From the NCBI GenBank assembly GCA_963806185.1, contig CAWDXE010000001.1:384001-448000 (forward strand): a stretch of 64,000 nucleotides of DNA. The letters run 5' to 3'. The translations under genes and the position numbers were made by a program. Within the stretch, counting starts at the first letter, position 1. Each line of letters starts with the position of its first letter. Under the pieces are notes generated by a model that was given only the letters and a program-made list of their open reading frames with translations, did no database searches and was not told the origin of the DNA. Source of the DNA: an uncultured candidate division Zixibacteria bacterium. Its GTDB lineage: Bacteria > Zixibacteria > MSB-5A5 > GN15 > FEB-12. Below, one piece after another: positions 1-9,192 of this stretch.

Positions 1-76
1 TTTTGTTCCCTTCAGTTCCTCGGACCTCTATATTGGCACCAGAACTAACCACTTCTTGGCGGGTATGTCAGTTGAA

Positions 77-1561
77 ATGAAGATCACACAATTGGTTGTC
101 AGGGCTATCGGGGCGAGTTTCGTAATCGCAGCCGTTATCATTTCGTGTGGCGACGAGAAAGCGGTCACCGCACGTTACGAACTTGAGAAGGCTTATTTCG
201 ACGCTGAGAAGCTCGCGGGCAAGACCAACATCAAACCCGAGCTCGTGGACAAGGCGATGATCGAGCAGACTCAGGCTGCTTTTGGCAACGTAGCCCGAAA
301 CGGTTTTGCCGCGCTTGCCACCGTTGATTCCGCGACAAAATCCAAGGAGTTCTTCGAAGTAGCTGACCTGACCTTTCGCGGCACCAGTCGCTACGCTCAG
401 TACCTGTTCGCCCAGGCGCAATTCGACTCGGTCAGTTACTGGCTCTCTCGATTGATTGCCGAAGTGCCGCTTTCCCGGGACCAGGCGATGACGACCTGGT
501 ATAATCTCGGGCAGGCTCATCAGTACGCCGGCCGGGGTGATTCGGCACTCACCAAGTACACCTATGCCGTCGAAACATTCTATCCGCCGATCGACGCCGA
601 CAGACAGGTGAACTACGACATTCTCAATCTTCCCATGCAGATCCACGGCTTGCTGCTGCAGGCGGAAGATACCGTGCGAGCGCGCCAATGGGAGGGGACC
701 GCCGACAAGTATTACGGCCGGATAACGACTGACTATCCCAATACGGAAATTGCACTCGCAGCTCAGGCCAATCTCGCCTCCGTTTATGATGCCTCCGGGA
801 ACTACACCCAGGCCATCGTAGCTCTCGCCAAAGTGATCGACTCCACCGGCCAGGTCGCTGTACCGGCCAGGCTGAAGATCGGCGATATCTACGCCTCAGA
901 ACTCGGCCAATCAGATCGCGCCATGCGTGAGTATGTGGAGACCGAGGCGCAATTGAAAGGCGGGGATACACTCTATCGACCGGTCATTCTTTTGAAACGC
1001 TCGATCATCCATCTTATGGATAAGGAGTACGCGGAGGCCCGTGAATTGCTGGTCACTCTGAAAGCAAAATATCCGAGTTACTTTGGCTCCAATCCGATCG
1101 CTCAATACAACATGGCCCAGACGTTTGATCTGGAAGGAAACTGGGAACGCGCCGAAACAGAGTACAAGTTTCTCATCACCAATTATGCGGGTTCCAATGA
1201 AGCCTTTGGCGCCTACCTCTATTTGATTGACAGCTACAAAAAGAAGGGGCGGACGACCGAAGCGGAGCAGTGGTTTGGCAAGGCGGAACGGGATTTTGCG
1301 CAACTGGCCACCTCGAAAGCCGGAACACCCCAGGAAGGGCTGGCCTTGGTCTTTACGGCCGAATTGTACCGACAGAAAGAAGATTGGCCCCGGGCAGCGG
1401 CGATGCTCATGCAGGTGTACGACAAGTTTCCCGCCACCGATCCCGGGCGGCGCGCCTTGGTGTCGGCAGCGGTCATTTATCGTGAAAAACTGAATAACCC
1501 GGCCAAGGCCGACTCCCTGATCGAGGTTCTGAAGCAGGCAGCCTTGACGGCGGCCTCATAA
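77..1561 (+). CDS. TPR-repeat lipoprotein (BamD/YfiO-like repeats)
   Basis: Signal peptide with lipobox-like IISC; repeated TPR-like helices (AQANLASVY, ARLKIGDIY, AQYNMAQTF, KYP motifs). Start could be 65 or 77. Confidence 0.8.
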   Translation: MKITQLVVRAIGASFVIAAVIISCGDEKAVTARYELEKAYFDAEKLAGKTNIKPELVDKAMIEQTQAAFGNVARNGFAALATVDSATKSKEFFEVADLTFRGTSRYAQYLFAQAQFDSVSYWLSRLIAEVPLSRDQAMTTWYNLGQAHQYAGRGDSALTKYTYAVETFYPPIDADRQVNYDILNLPMQIHGLLLQAEDTVRARQWEGTADKYYGRITTDYPNTEIALAAQANLASVYDASGNYTQAIVALAKVIDSTGQVAVPARLKIGDIYASELGQSDRAMREYVETEAQLKGGDTLYRPVILLKRSIIHLMDKEYAEARELLVTLKAKYPSYFGSNPIAQYNMAQTFDLEGNWERAETEYKFLITNYAGSNEAFGAYLYLIDSYKKKGRTTEAEQWFGKAERDFAQLATSKAGTPQEGLALVFTAELYRQKEDWPRAAAMLMQVYDKFPATDPGRRALVSAAVIYREKLNNPAKADSLIEVLKQAALTAAS

Positions 1562-1626
1562 GCCCGGAAACCTGGCCGATATCCGGTGTACAAGAGATAG
1601 TTAATCTGAATCTGCCTGGAGGAGTA

Positions 1627-2205
1627 ATGAAATCTTTTGGTAAAGTATCTTGGACTCTCGTGACACTGCTGGTGGCAGTTGCTGCCATCACCGCTTCGGC
1701 ACAAACCGACCCTTTCGGAAAAACCGACACGGTTTATGCTGAGGTGGCCAAAATCAGTGAGAACACCTGGACGATTACGGTATCCTGCTCAAACGATGAG
1801 AACATCGTGGGGATGTCGATCCCGCTCAAAATGACCGCCGGCTTGAACCGAATCGTCGCCGATTCCGCCATATACACCGGCGGACGTGTGTCCCACTTCT
1901 CGTACCTCGGCTTTCGGCCCGATACCGCTATTCAGTGCGTCACTCTCGGAATGATCGCCAATCTCGCGCCGACTAACAAGACACTCGGGCCGGGCAGCGG
2001 CCGACTCGTTACCGTGTATGTGTCTTCCCTCGAAGAGAAACCGATCGAGAAACTGGAAGTCGATACTACCACCACCCATCCGAGCAATTCGTTGCTCGCG
2101 ATTGCCGATTCTCTGCAGGGTAATCCGCCCGACACAACGAGAATTATCGACATGGCCAAACGTCAAATCGTCCCGGCGTTTGTCATGCGGCGTTCCGGCA
2201 AGTAA
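1627..2205 (+). CDS. Secreted protein, possible cohesin-like beta-sandwich domain
   Basis: GGAGGAG RBS; signal peptide ending ASA-Q; beta-rich pattern TITVSCSNDENIVGMSIPL...LGPGSGRLVTVYV resembling cohesin-like domains (by eye). Confidence 0.65.
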   Translation: MKSFGKVSWTLVTLLVAVAAITASAQTDPFGKTDTVYAEVAKISENTWTITVSCSNDENIVGMSIPLKMTAGLNRIVADSAIYTGGRVSHFSYLGFRPDTAIQCVTLGMIANLAPTNKTLGPGSGRLVTVYVSSLEEKPIEKLEVDTTTTHPSNSLLAIADSLQGNPPDTTRIIDMAKRQIVPAFVMRRSGK

Positions 2206-2228
2206 CCGTCTCTGCGCCGATCAAGTCT

Positions 2229-2260
2229 GCCGCCGGCTCTTGCGAGTCGGCGGCTTTTTT
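2229..2260 (+). terminator. Rho-independent terminator
   Basis: GCCGCCGGCTC-ttgc-GAGTCGGCGGC followed by TTTTTT. Confidence 0.85.
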
Positions 2261-2311
2261 GTCGCCGCGCCACCCCTTGAATCTCCGACACAATTTGACT
2301 ATTTTGTCGCT

Positions 2312-3292
2312 ATGAGTGAATCGCTGGTCCATCCGGTCACGGGCAAGCCCCTCGACGTGACCGCCCTCAGCGCGCCCCTCGAAGCATTGCGCGACTGCAC
2401 CTGTTGCCCCCGCAACTGCCACGCCGATCGATTCGGCGACAAACTTGGTTTCTGCCAGAGCGGCACCGGGTTCTCCATCGGCTCAATCTGCGCTCATCGC
2501 GGTGAGGAACCGGTCATATCCGGCCAACATGGAATCTGCAACATCTTCTTCACCCGCTGCAACATGCAATGCCTGTACTGCCAGAATTTTCAGATCAGCC
2601 GACGCCAGGGGATGATTGAAGAGAAGAAGTCCACCCTGCCCGAAATCATCGGGCAAATCGAGAGCGTCCTCGCTGGCGGCTCTCACGCGGTCGGTTTCGT
2701 CTCCCCTTCGCATTTTATTCCGCAGGTACAGGTGATTATCAATACCCTGTCCGCCCGGGATCGCAAACCTACCTACGTCTTCAACACCAGTTCGTATGAC
2801 AAAATAGAGACGATCAAAGCTCTTGAAGGCACGATCGACGTTTGGCTCCCCGATCTCAAATATATGGATGAGAAGATGGGACGGGCTTACTCGGACACGC
2901 CCGATTACCCGGCAATTGCCTGTGCCGCCATCAAGGAGATGTTTTACCAGAAGGGATCCAATATCTGGCTGGACGACAACGACTGCATAACGTCAGGCCT
3001 GATTATCCGTCATCTTGTTCTGCCCGGCCGGGTGGAGAACAGCAAGAAAGTGCTCCAGTGGATCGCCGACGAACTGTCTCCGTCCGTGCACGTCTCCCTC
3101 ATGTCGCAGTACCACCCGACCGCACCAGTGGCCAACCATCCCCGACTCGGCCGCACGCTCATGGTGGACGAATACCACGAAGTGCTGGAGGAATTCGACC
3201 GCCTCGGTTTCCACCGCGGCTGGGTCCAGGAACTCGATAGTCCCACCAGTTACCGACCCGATTTTAAATTCGACCATCCGTTCGAACGATAA
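2312..3292 (+). CDS. Radical SAM protein, PflX-like
   Basis: N-terminal CxxCPRxC, H.GEEP.ISG motif, CNMQCLYC radical SAM motif, LPDLKY, IRHLVLPG, SLMSQYHP. Confidence 0.85.
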   Translation: MSESLVHPVTGKPLDVTALSAPLEALRDCTCCPRNCHADRFGDKLGFCQSGTGFSIGSICAHRGEEPVISGQHGICNIFFTRCNMQCLYCQNFQISRRQGMIEEKKSTLPEIIGQIESVLAGGSHAVGFVSPSHFIPQVQVIINTLSARDRKPTYVFNTSSYDKIETIKALEGTIDVWLPDLKYMDEKMGRAYSDTPDYPAIACAAIKEMFYQKGSNIWLDDNDCITSGLIIRHLVLPGRVENSKKVLQWIADELSPSVHVSLMSQYHPTAPVANHPRLGRTLMVDEYHEVLEEFDRLGFHRGWVQELDSPTSYRPDFKFDHPFER

Positions 3293-3303
3293 CAGCCCAA
3301 AAC

Positions 3304-3334
3304 AAAAAAGAGGGCCGCTGACGCAGCCCTCTTT
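3304..3334. terminator. Bidirectional terminator between convergent genes
   Basis: AAAGAGGGC...GCCCTCTTT hairpin with an A-tract on the left. Confidence 0.75.
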
Positions 3335-3353
3335 AGCATTGGTTACTCGCTGA

Positions 3354-3998
3354 TTACTTGCGAATCTTGCGCACAATGCCCGTGCCGACCAACCCAAGTC
3401 CCATCAGGAGCATGGTGGCCGGTTCCGGTACGCCGCCGGGCGGCGTGACGCCGGTGGCGTTACCCGACATGTTGTCTGCGGTCCAGTAATTGCCGGTATC
3501 GTGCATGAGAACATACGCGATGTTATTTGACCCCGACGAAACCGTTAAATAACTCAAACCGACATTATTACCCTGAGAATACAGGTTTGATCCGCCGACA
3601 ACCTGATCAATCAAATTGTCGTTGACGTCGTACGCTTCGAGATAGAACGACGAGGACGACGAGTAGCCGGTGGTGAAGAAGCCGCCGTCTTTGTTGATAA
3701 AGTCAATGCGGCCGCTACCCTGCGTGGTACCCAGGAAGGTCGAGACGTTGCCGCTGATCCAGTAACTTCCGGACCCGGTACCATTATCACTGCGGGCATT
3801 GTAGTTCCCCGTGGTGATATCAGCGTAAATCCAGTCGTAGCCGTCAGTGGTTGTAAAATTCAACCCGGTGATATCATTGGCTACCGCCTGTCCGTCTTTC
3901 CCCAGGCCATTCTCGAAGTTTACGTTCCAGGCGAAGCTCGAGCCGGCCAGGACGAAAACGACGAATAGCGATAAGAACACTTTTCCGACCCTTACCAT
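3354..3998 (-). CDS. PEP-CTERM sorting-domain protein
   Basis: Signal peptide; Gly/Ser/Asn-rich body; C-terminal VPEPATMLLMGLGLVGTGIVRKIRK (PEP, TM helix, basic tail); GGAGGAG RBS before ATG 3998. Confidence 0.92.
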   Translation of the reverse strand: MVRVGKVFLSLFVVFVLAGSSFAWNVNFENGLGKDGQAVANDITGLNFTTTDGYDWIYADITTGNYNARSDNGTGSGSYWISGNVSTFLGTTQGSGRIDFINKDGGFFTTGYSSSSSFYLEAYDVNDNLIDQVVGGSNLYSQGNNVGLSYLTVSSGSNNIAYVLMHDTGNYWTADNMSGNATGVTPPGGVPEPATMLLMGLGLVGTGIVRKIRK

Positions 3999-4070
3999 TG
4001 CTACTCCTCCGATACGATTGTTGAGTGTGTGAGAACCGAGTTCTGCTTTGTAAACCAACGATAAATAGCG

Positions 4071-4086
4071 AGCAATTTTGGTGCCG
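4071..4086 (-). promoter_or_regulatory. Sigma54 -24/-12 promoter of the PEP-CTERM gene
   Basis: Minus strand CGGCAC-CAAAA-TTGCT matches GGCAC-N5-TTGC. Confidence 0.75.
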
Positions 4087-4182
4087 TGTGAGCGGGCGTT
4101 GGCGCACAAGAGGATATGAGAGGTCCGGGTAGTCTATATTGCAGAAGTACCGCAACTCATTGCAGTAATCGTGAGCAAAAGG

Positions 4183-4761
4183 TTACGAACTTCGACCGCG
4201 ACGCGTGGCCCGCGCCGGGCGAAGGTGTGACGCGACGTGTGGGGGTCTGGATGTTCGATGCTGTGCGACCGTCAGCTCACCGGGAGTGGCCGTCCGCCGC
4301 GGCTTGCGTACGACCCGGCTCTGATGCCCCGGTTTGGAATTGAGTTCGAGGTAGTTGGCGATACATATGTCCCAATCCAGAAACCGCATGACGCTTGCGA
4401 CTTCGCGTGCGACAACGGCGGCTTTGCGGAGTTGGCTGATTTCGTCGCCCAGTGTCTCCGAGTTCAGCCAAACCGGCTTGCCGGTCTGCTGGCAAGCAGA
4501 AGCGATTATGTACCGCTCGATATATCGCGCTCGTTCGTAGGCCTCGGCTGATCGTATCAACCGGACCGCTCGGTCGATGACATGGATGAGCGATAGCCGG
4601 TAATTCAGTGAAACCCTGAACGTGACCAGATACTGATCCCCCCCAAGCGCCTGCACGTTTTCCTCGCGGATATGCCGGAACACGTCGCGAGCCAGGTGCA
4701 GTGCTTCCGCGGGGGAATCGGCTTCCAGGAATATTCGTCCGCGATTGTTGACGAATTCCAT
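4183..4761 (-). CDS. Hypothetical protein
   Basis: ORF of about 192 aa filling the gap between genes; no recognisable motif; start could be 4794. Confidence 0.6.
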   Translation of the reverse strand: MEFVNNRGRIFLEADSPAEALHLARDVFRHIREENVQALGGDQYLVTFRVSLNYRLSLIHVIDRAVRLIRSAEAYERARYIERYIIASACQQTGKPVWLNSETLGDEISQLRKAAVVAREVASVMRFLDWDICIANYLELNSKPGHQSRVVRKPRRTATPGELTVAQHRTSRPPHVASHLRPARATRRGRSS

Positions 4762-4902
4762 TACCGCTTCTGCATAAGTAAATTTATAGATCATCCCTAT
4801 TCTATTACGTCGGCCAAAAAGGCCACGGGATTGAGGTCAAATTTGCCCGGATCCTATTGGAATTGATATGGTTAGAAAACGACAGGCGGGCGCCGGGAAA
4901 AC

Positions 4903-5457
4903 TCAGGCCAGTTCGACTTCGTGAAGCCGCTTGTAAATCGGACCCTGAGGAGTCAGCGTTGATTGAAATAGCACCAGACGATCGAGTCTGAACTGCTTCT
5001 TTTCAAGCGCGTACGCTTGAATGGCGCGAGGCAAATCATCTAGCTTGTGGTCGTCTTTCACGCGCCCGAGCGTCAAATGAGCCTTAAACGACTTTTCTTC
5101 CGGTTCATACCCGAAGTCTCTGGCCAGTTGCTCGGTCGACCTCGCCAACCCATTGAGATGCCCGGTTGTCTCGCGCAGGCCCACCCAGATGACGCGCGGA
5201 CGATTCACATTGGGAAATGCCCCCAGTTGGCTCAGCTCACCTTCGATCGGGCCACCGGCCCGGCCGATAGTGTCCAGACCATTGCTTATCCGGACAACCT
5301 GTTCAGAATCAGTTTCCCCAAGGAACCGAAGCGTGAGATGAATGAGTCGCGCCTCCACCCATTTTACACCGTCGTCGCGTCGAGCCAGATCCCCGGCGAT
5401 CCTTCCCATATACTTCTCGATATCCTGGGGCAAGGGGAGAGCAATGAAAAGGCGCAT
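4903..5457 (-). CDS. thpR: RNA 2',3'-cyclic phosphodiesterase
   Basis: MRLFIAL start, two HxT motifs (HLTLRF, HLTLGR), SxLTPxGPIY; ATGA overlap with cinA. Confidence 0.92.
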   Translation of the reverse strand: MRLFIALPLPQDIEKYMGRIAGDLARRDDGVKWVEARLIHLTLRFLGETDSEQVVRISNGLDTIGRAGGPIEGELSQLGAFPNVNRPRVIWVGLRETTGHLNGLARSTEQLARDFGYEPEEKSFKAHLTLGRVKDDHKLDDLPRAIQAYALEKKQFRLDRLVLFQSTLTPQGPIYKRLHEVELA

Positions 5458-6698
5458 CAGACGATATCCAGGATTTCGCGCCGAAGCAGTTCGAGCGCCG
5501 AATAAACCGCCCGCGACCGATTGACGAGTCGGTCGCGACCGTACATAAACTTTCCGGCATAGGATCGATTGGCCGTGGCAACACCAACAAAAGTCGTGCC
5601 CACCGGTCGGCTCTCCGTGCCCCCGTCGGGGCCGGCAATTCCGGTGACCGACAGCGCATAGTCGGTTCGCAGAAGTTTTCGCACCCCCTCTGCCATGGCT
5701 ATCGCGCACGCCTCGGACACCGCTCCGTGAGTATTAATGATTTCCGGCGTAACCGAGAGTTGGTGAATCTTGACCTCATTGGCATACGCTTGTACGCCGC
5801 CGACGAAATAGGTCGACGAGCCCGCCACTGATGTTATCGTCATACCCAATTGCCCGCCCGTGCAGGATTCCGCGACACTGAGCGACTTGTTGTTATCCGC
5901 CAGCAGATGTCCGATCACATCCTCAAGCGTATCGTCATCGTACCCGTAAATATACTTCCCCGCCCGCTTCTCGATATGTTGAGCCACTGCCCGCGCCTTG
6001 TTAGATGTCTCGTCGTCGTTTTCTCCGTAGGCCATGATCCGCAAGTCGACGCCGCTATACCCCGGCAGGTAGGCCAATCGCACGCCTGGCTCCAGACTCA
6101 GTCCCGGCACGATCAACTCGGCCAGGGCTGACTCGATTATCTGAGTAGTTCGCAGCTTTCTCACGGCCAGAGAAATTCGCTGCGTGTTAGCTTTGAGATA
6201 TGGCACGACCTCGTCGACCAGTACTTGCTTCATTTCTCTCGGCACGCCCGGAAGGGAAACGAAGATGCGCCCCATCTCGTTGATGCAGATGCCCACGGCC
6301 GACCCGTGCTTGTTGGCGAAAAACAGCGCCCCCTGGGGCAGAAGCGCCTGATTCTGATTGATGGCCGGCATCTGCAGGCCTCGCGCTTCATAGCGCTGCT
6401 TGATCTCGGCCAGAATGTCTTCGTGAAATACGAGATTGCGCTTGAACACTTTCACGATCGCCCGTTTGGTCAGGTCGTCGTCGGTCGGCCCAAGCCCTCC
6501 GGTGGTGATGACGACCGACGCTCGCTTCAGCGCCAGACGAAAGGTCTCTTCCATCGACTCGATATCATCGCCGACACTCGACTGCCAGCGAACTGACAAA
6601 CCCATTTCCGTCAGCATCTCGGCAATAAACGCAGCGTTCGTATCAACCGTATGTCCGGTCAGTACCTCGTCGCCGATCGTGATAATTTCAACATCCAT
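5457..6698 (-). CDS. cinA: Competence/damage-inducible protein CinA (MoCF domain plus NMN deamidase PncC domain)
   Basis: IGDEVLTG..DTN, GGLGPTDDD, LPGVPREM, AESCTGG, TGIAGPDGG. Confidence 0.93.
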   Translation of the reverse strand: MDVEIITIGDEVLTGHTVDTNAAFIAEMLTEMGLSVRWQSSVGDDIESMEETFRLALKRASVVITTGGLGPTDDDLTKRAIVKVFKRNLVFHEDILAEIKQRYEARGLQMPAINQNQALLPQGALFFANKHGSAVGICINEMGRIFVSLPGVPREMKQVLVDEVVPYLKANTQRISLAVRKLRTTQIIESALAELIVPGLSLEPGVRLAYLPGYSGVDLRIMAYGENDDETSNKARAVAQHIEKRAGKYIYGYDDDTLEDVIGHLLADNNKSLSVAESCTGGQLGMTITSVAGSSTYFVGGVQAYANEVKIHQLSVTPEIINTHGAVSEACAIAMAEGVRKLLRTDYALSVTGIAGPDGGTESRPVGTTFVGVATANRSYAGKFMYGRDRLVNRSRAVYSALELLRREILDIV

Positions 6699-6715
6699 AC
6701 ACCGACCTCGGGCCT

Positions 6716-7171
6716 TTAGCGCCAATTCATTAGCAACAGGATGATCTGCACGACAATATTCGTCTGAATGCCCGCAGCCACGTCGTCCATCATCACACCC
6801 CAGCCACCGGGCAGACTCTCCAGTTTTCGGGCCGGCCACAGCTTGATTACGTCAAACACTCTAAAACCGACCAGCGCGATAAGATAATTGGTAATCGAGA
6901 GCGGCACAAAGAGTACTGAAATGAACATCCCCGCCCATTCGTCGATCACAATCTTCCGTGGATCGTGTCCCCAGAATCGCTCGCAGTACCCCGCCGCCCA
7001 CACCCCCGCTGCCATAGTGATGGCTAGAGCAATCCAGAGTGCCAACGGGCTGTGCCCCAACCAGAAATAGGCCAGCACCCAGGCCGGCAAGGTACCGATC
7101 GATCCGGGTACCAATGGGAAGTATCCCGACCAGGCACCCGTGGCAATGAACTTTGCGGCAGCGTCTTTCAC
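6716..7171 (-). CDS. pgpA: Phosphatidylglycerophosphatase A
   Basis: PGSIGT, DPRKIVIDE, FRVFDVIKLWP, GGWGVMMDD motifs. Confidence 0.92.
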   Translation of the reverse strand: MKDAAAKFIATGAWSGYFPLVPGSIGTLPAWVLAYFWLGHSPLALWIALAITMAAGVWAAGYCERFWGHDPRKIVIDEWAGMFISVLFVPLSITNYLIALVGFRVFDVIKLWPARKLESLPGGWGVMMDDVAAGIQTNIVVQIILLLMNWR

Positions 7172-7178
7172 CAGGCTC

Positions 7179-7766
7179 TTACCTCAAAACTGAACGGATC
7201 ATGTAGAAGTACTTAATGCCGTAGTCTATTCCGGTCCACACGGTGACGACCGCCGCCAACCACATCAGCGAATTGAACCAGAAGAAATAGTCAAAGTGAG
7301 CCAGTTGCGGAACCACGATCTGGAAATGGGTCAGTGCACTCGTCAGGCTCACATAGGCCATCACCAGACTGACCACCGTCATCTGTAGAAACGTTTTTAC
7401 TTTCGCCGCCCAGGTCGGCGGAATAATCACACCCTTGTAAGCGGCCAACAGCCGAAGGCCGGTAATGGCGAATTCTCGGCCGACGATCAGAGCGACCGGC
7501 AGTGGCGACGTATATTTCAGGGAGATGAAGCAGATCAAGGCCGATGAAACCAGGATTTTGTCCGCCAGCGGATCCATAAATTTACCGAAGCCGGTAATAA
7601 TGCCGTATTTGCGCGCATAGTAGCCGTCGGCCAAATCGGTCAGCGATGCCACGATAAACAGAATCAGACCCACCAGCCGCATATAGAAATTGTCCAGCAA
7701 AAAGAAGAACATGAAGATAGGTGACAGGACAATGCGGATGAGCGTCAGGAGATTGGGCGTATTCAT
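7179..7766 (-). CDS. pgsA: CDP-diacylglycerol--glycerol-3-phosphate 3-phosphatidyltransferase
   Basis: PNLLTLIRI; CDP-alcohol phosphotransferase motif DLADGYYAR...GKFMDPLADK. Confidence 0.93.
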   Translation of the reverse strand: MNTPNLLTLIRIVLSPIFMFFFLLDNFYMRLVGLILFIVASLTDLADGYYARKYGIITGFGKFMDPLADKILVSSALICFISLKYTSPLPVALIVGREFAITGLRLLAAYKGVIIPPTWAAKVKTFLQMTVVSLVMAYVSLTSALTHFQIVVPQLAHFDYFFWFNSLMWLAAVVTVWTGIDYGIKYFYMIRSVLR

Positions 7767-7917
7767 GCGAGGGGAAGGTAGGAAGTTGCAGCGAAGGTGT
7801 CAACAACCACCGGCCTCCCCGTGGCCAATGTTGTTCTCGCGCTGGCTGAGCCGTGCCGTTCAGCGACACCACCCCTCCGCTGACCGGCGCACCACTCTTT
7901 GGTTACGTGGCCGAGGT

Positions 7918-8301
7918 CTAAACCGTGGCTATCATCTCGATCTCGATACGAACATCCTTGGGTAGCCGTGATACCTCGACGGTCGATCGCGCGGGCGGCG
8001 CCGCTTCGAAATAGGTGGCGTACATCTCGTTTACCACTGCGAAGTCCTTCATATCCGCCAGGAAAATCGTCGTCTTCACGACATCGGAGAAACTCGCTCC
8101 GCCCGCCGCGAGCAGCTGACTGATGTTGTCCATCACGCGCTGACATTGTTCACCGGCCGATTTACCGACGATCTCGCCGGTCCCGGGATCCAGGGGGATC
8201 TGGCCGGAGAGAAACAACAATGAACCACCGGTGATTTTGATTCCTTGTGAATATGGCCCGATCGCCTGGGGGGCCTTGTCGGTCTTGATGATCTCTCTCA
8301 C
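7918..8301 (-). CDS. ridA: RidA/YjgF family enamine deaminase
   Basis: APQAIGPYSQ, SGQIP, PARSTVEVSRLPK..IEIE; GTG start after GAGGAGG. Confidence 0.9.
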   Translation of the reverse strand: MREIIKTDKAPQAIGPYSQGIKITGGSLLFLSGQIPLDPGTGEIVGKSAGEQCQRVMDNISQLLAAGGASFSDVVKTTIFLADMKDFAVVNEMYATYFEAAPPARSTVEVSRLPKDVRIEIEMIATV

Positions 8302-8366
8302 GTGCACCTCCTCGGAATCCCGGTATATACACCGTTCTCAAGGCGGCGACAATCGAAAACTGATGG

Positions 8367-9140
8367 TCAGGGCAGAGCCGTCGTCCGCTCCGAACAGTTT
8401 AGGTGAATCACGCGTCGAAGAGTCGCGAGCAATTCCGTGTTCTTGAACGGCTTCTGGAAGTAGGCATCCGCACCGGCCGCAATCGCCTGTTCGGCCGCAA
8501 ACTTGCCTGAGAAACCGGTGATGAGAATGACCGGGATGTGATCGTGCGCCTTCTTGATTTCCACCATCAGGTCAAGCCCGCTCATGCCGGGCATCATGAT
8601 GTCTGATATCACACCGTGGACGGTGCTTGACTTCACGATATCCAGTGCCTGGTCCGAAGAGGCGGCGGTCCTGACGACAAAGCGTTCCGACTCCAGAATC
8701 GTCGTCATATATTTTCGAATAGTCTCTTCGTCATCCACTACCAGAACCACTCTTCGCCCATTGGCCAGCAGCCGGGTGACTTTGGCGACAAACATATCCT
8801 CAGCCATCGGCAAGGCGAAGATCGCGTCCGCTCCAAGTTCGAGACTCTGTCGCACCGTGAGGTGATCCCACTGCGTGCTTGTCATGGCCACCGGATACCA
8901 CTGAAACCGGGGGTTCTCTTTGACACTCTTCAGAAGTTGAAATCCACCCTCACGTGGTGTAAGGACATCGATGAGTATTAAGTGTATGGAACCGTCCGCC
9001 TCCAGAATACTCAAGGCATGGCGAGCGGAATCAGCGACGACGACCTCAAGATGGGCCGCAGCCAGCGGACCTTTGATCGTCGAGAGATTCTCGTTGCTGG
9101 ACTGAAGCACCAGCGCTTTTATAGATTCGAAATTTCGCAT
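8367..9140 (-). CDS. Tandem receiver-domain response regulator (degenerate REC plus intact REC)
   Basis: C-terminal REC with VVDD, SDIMMP, ITG, KPF; N-terminal REC-like domain lacks the acidic pair and KP. Confidence 0.85.
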   Translation of the reverse strand: MRNFESIKALVLQSSNENLSTIKGPLAAAHLEVVVADSARHALSILEADGSIHLILIDVLTPREGGFQLLKSVKENPRFQWYPVAMTSTQWDHLTVRQSLELGADAIFALPMAEDMFVAKVTRLLANGRRVVLVVDDEETIRKYMTTILESERFVVRTAASSDQALDIVKSSTVHGVISDIMMPGMSGLDLMVEIKKAHDHIPVILITGFSGKFAAEQAIAAGADAYFQKPFKNTELLATLRRVIHLNCSERTTALP

Positions 9141-9192
9141 AGGTGATCCTGCAGCCACTCTTCCCCCTGATCAGTTTCGGTTGCCGATTCCC

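Noticed and set aside
2018..2311. N-terminal extensions in the ORF track (also for thpR, cinA, cydA, cydB, NtrC and RRM)
   Set aside because: They overlap upstream genes or terminators; downstream starts fit RBS positions and family N-termini better.
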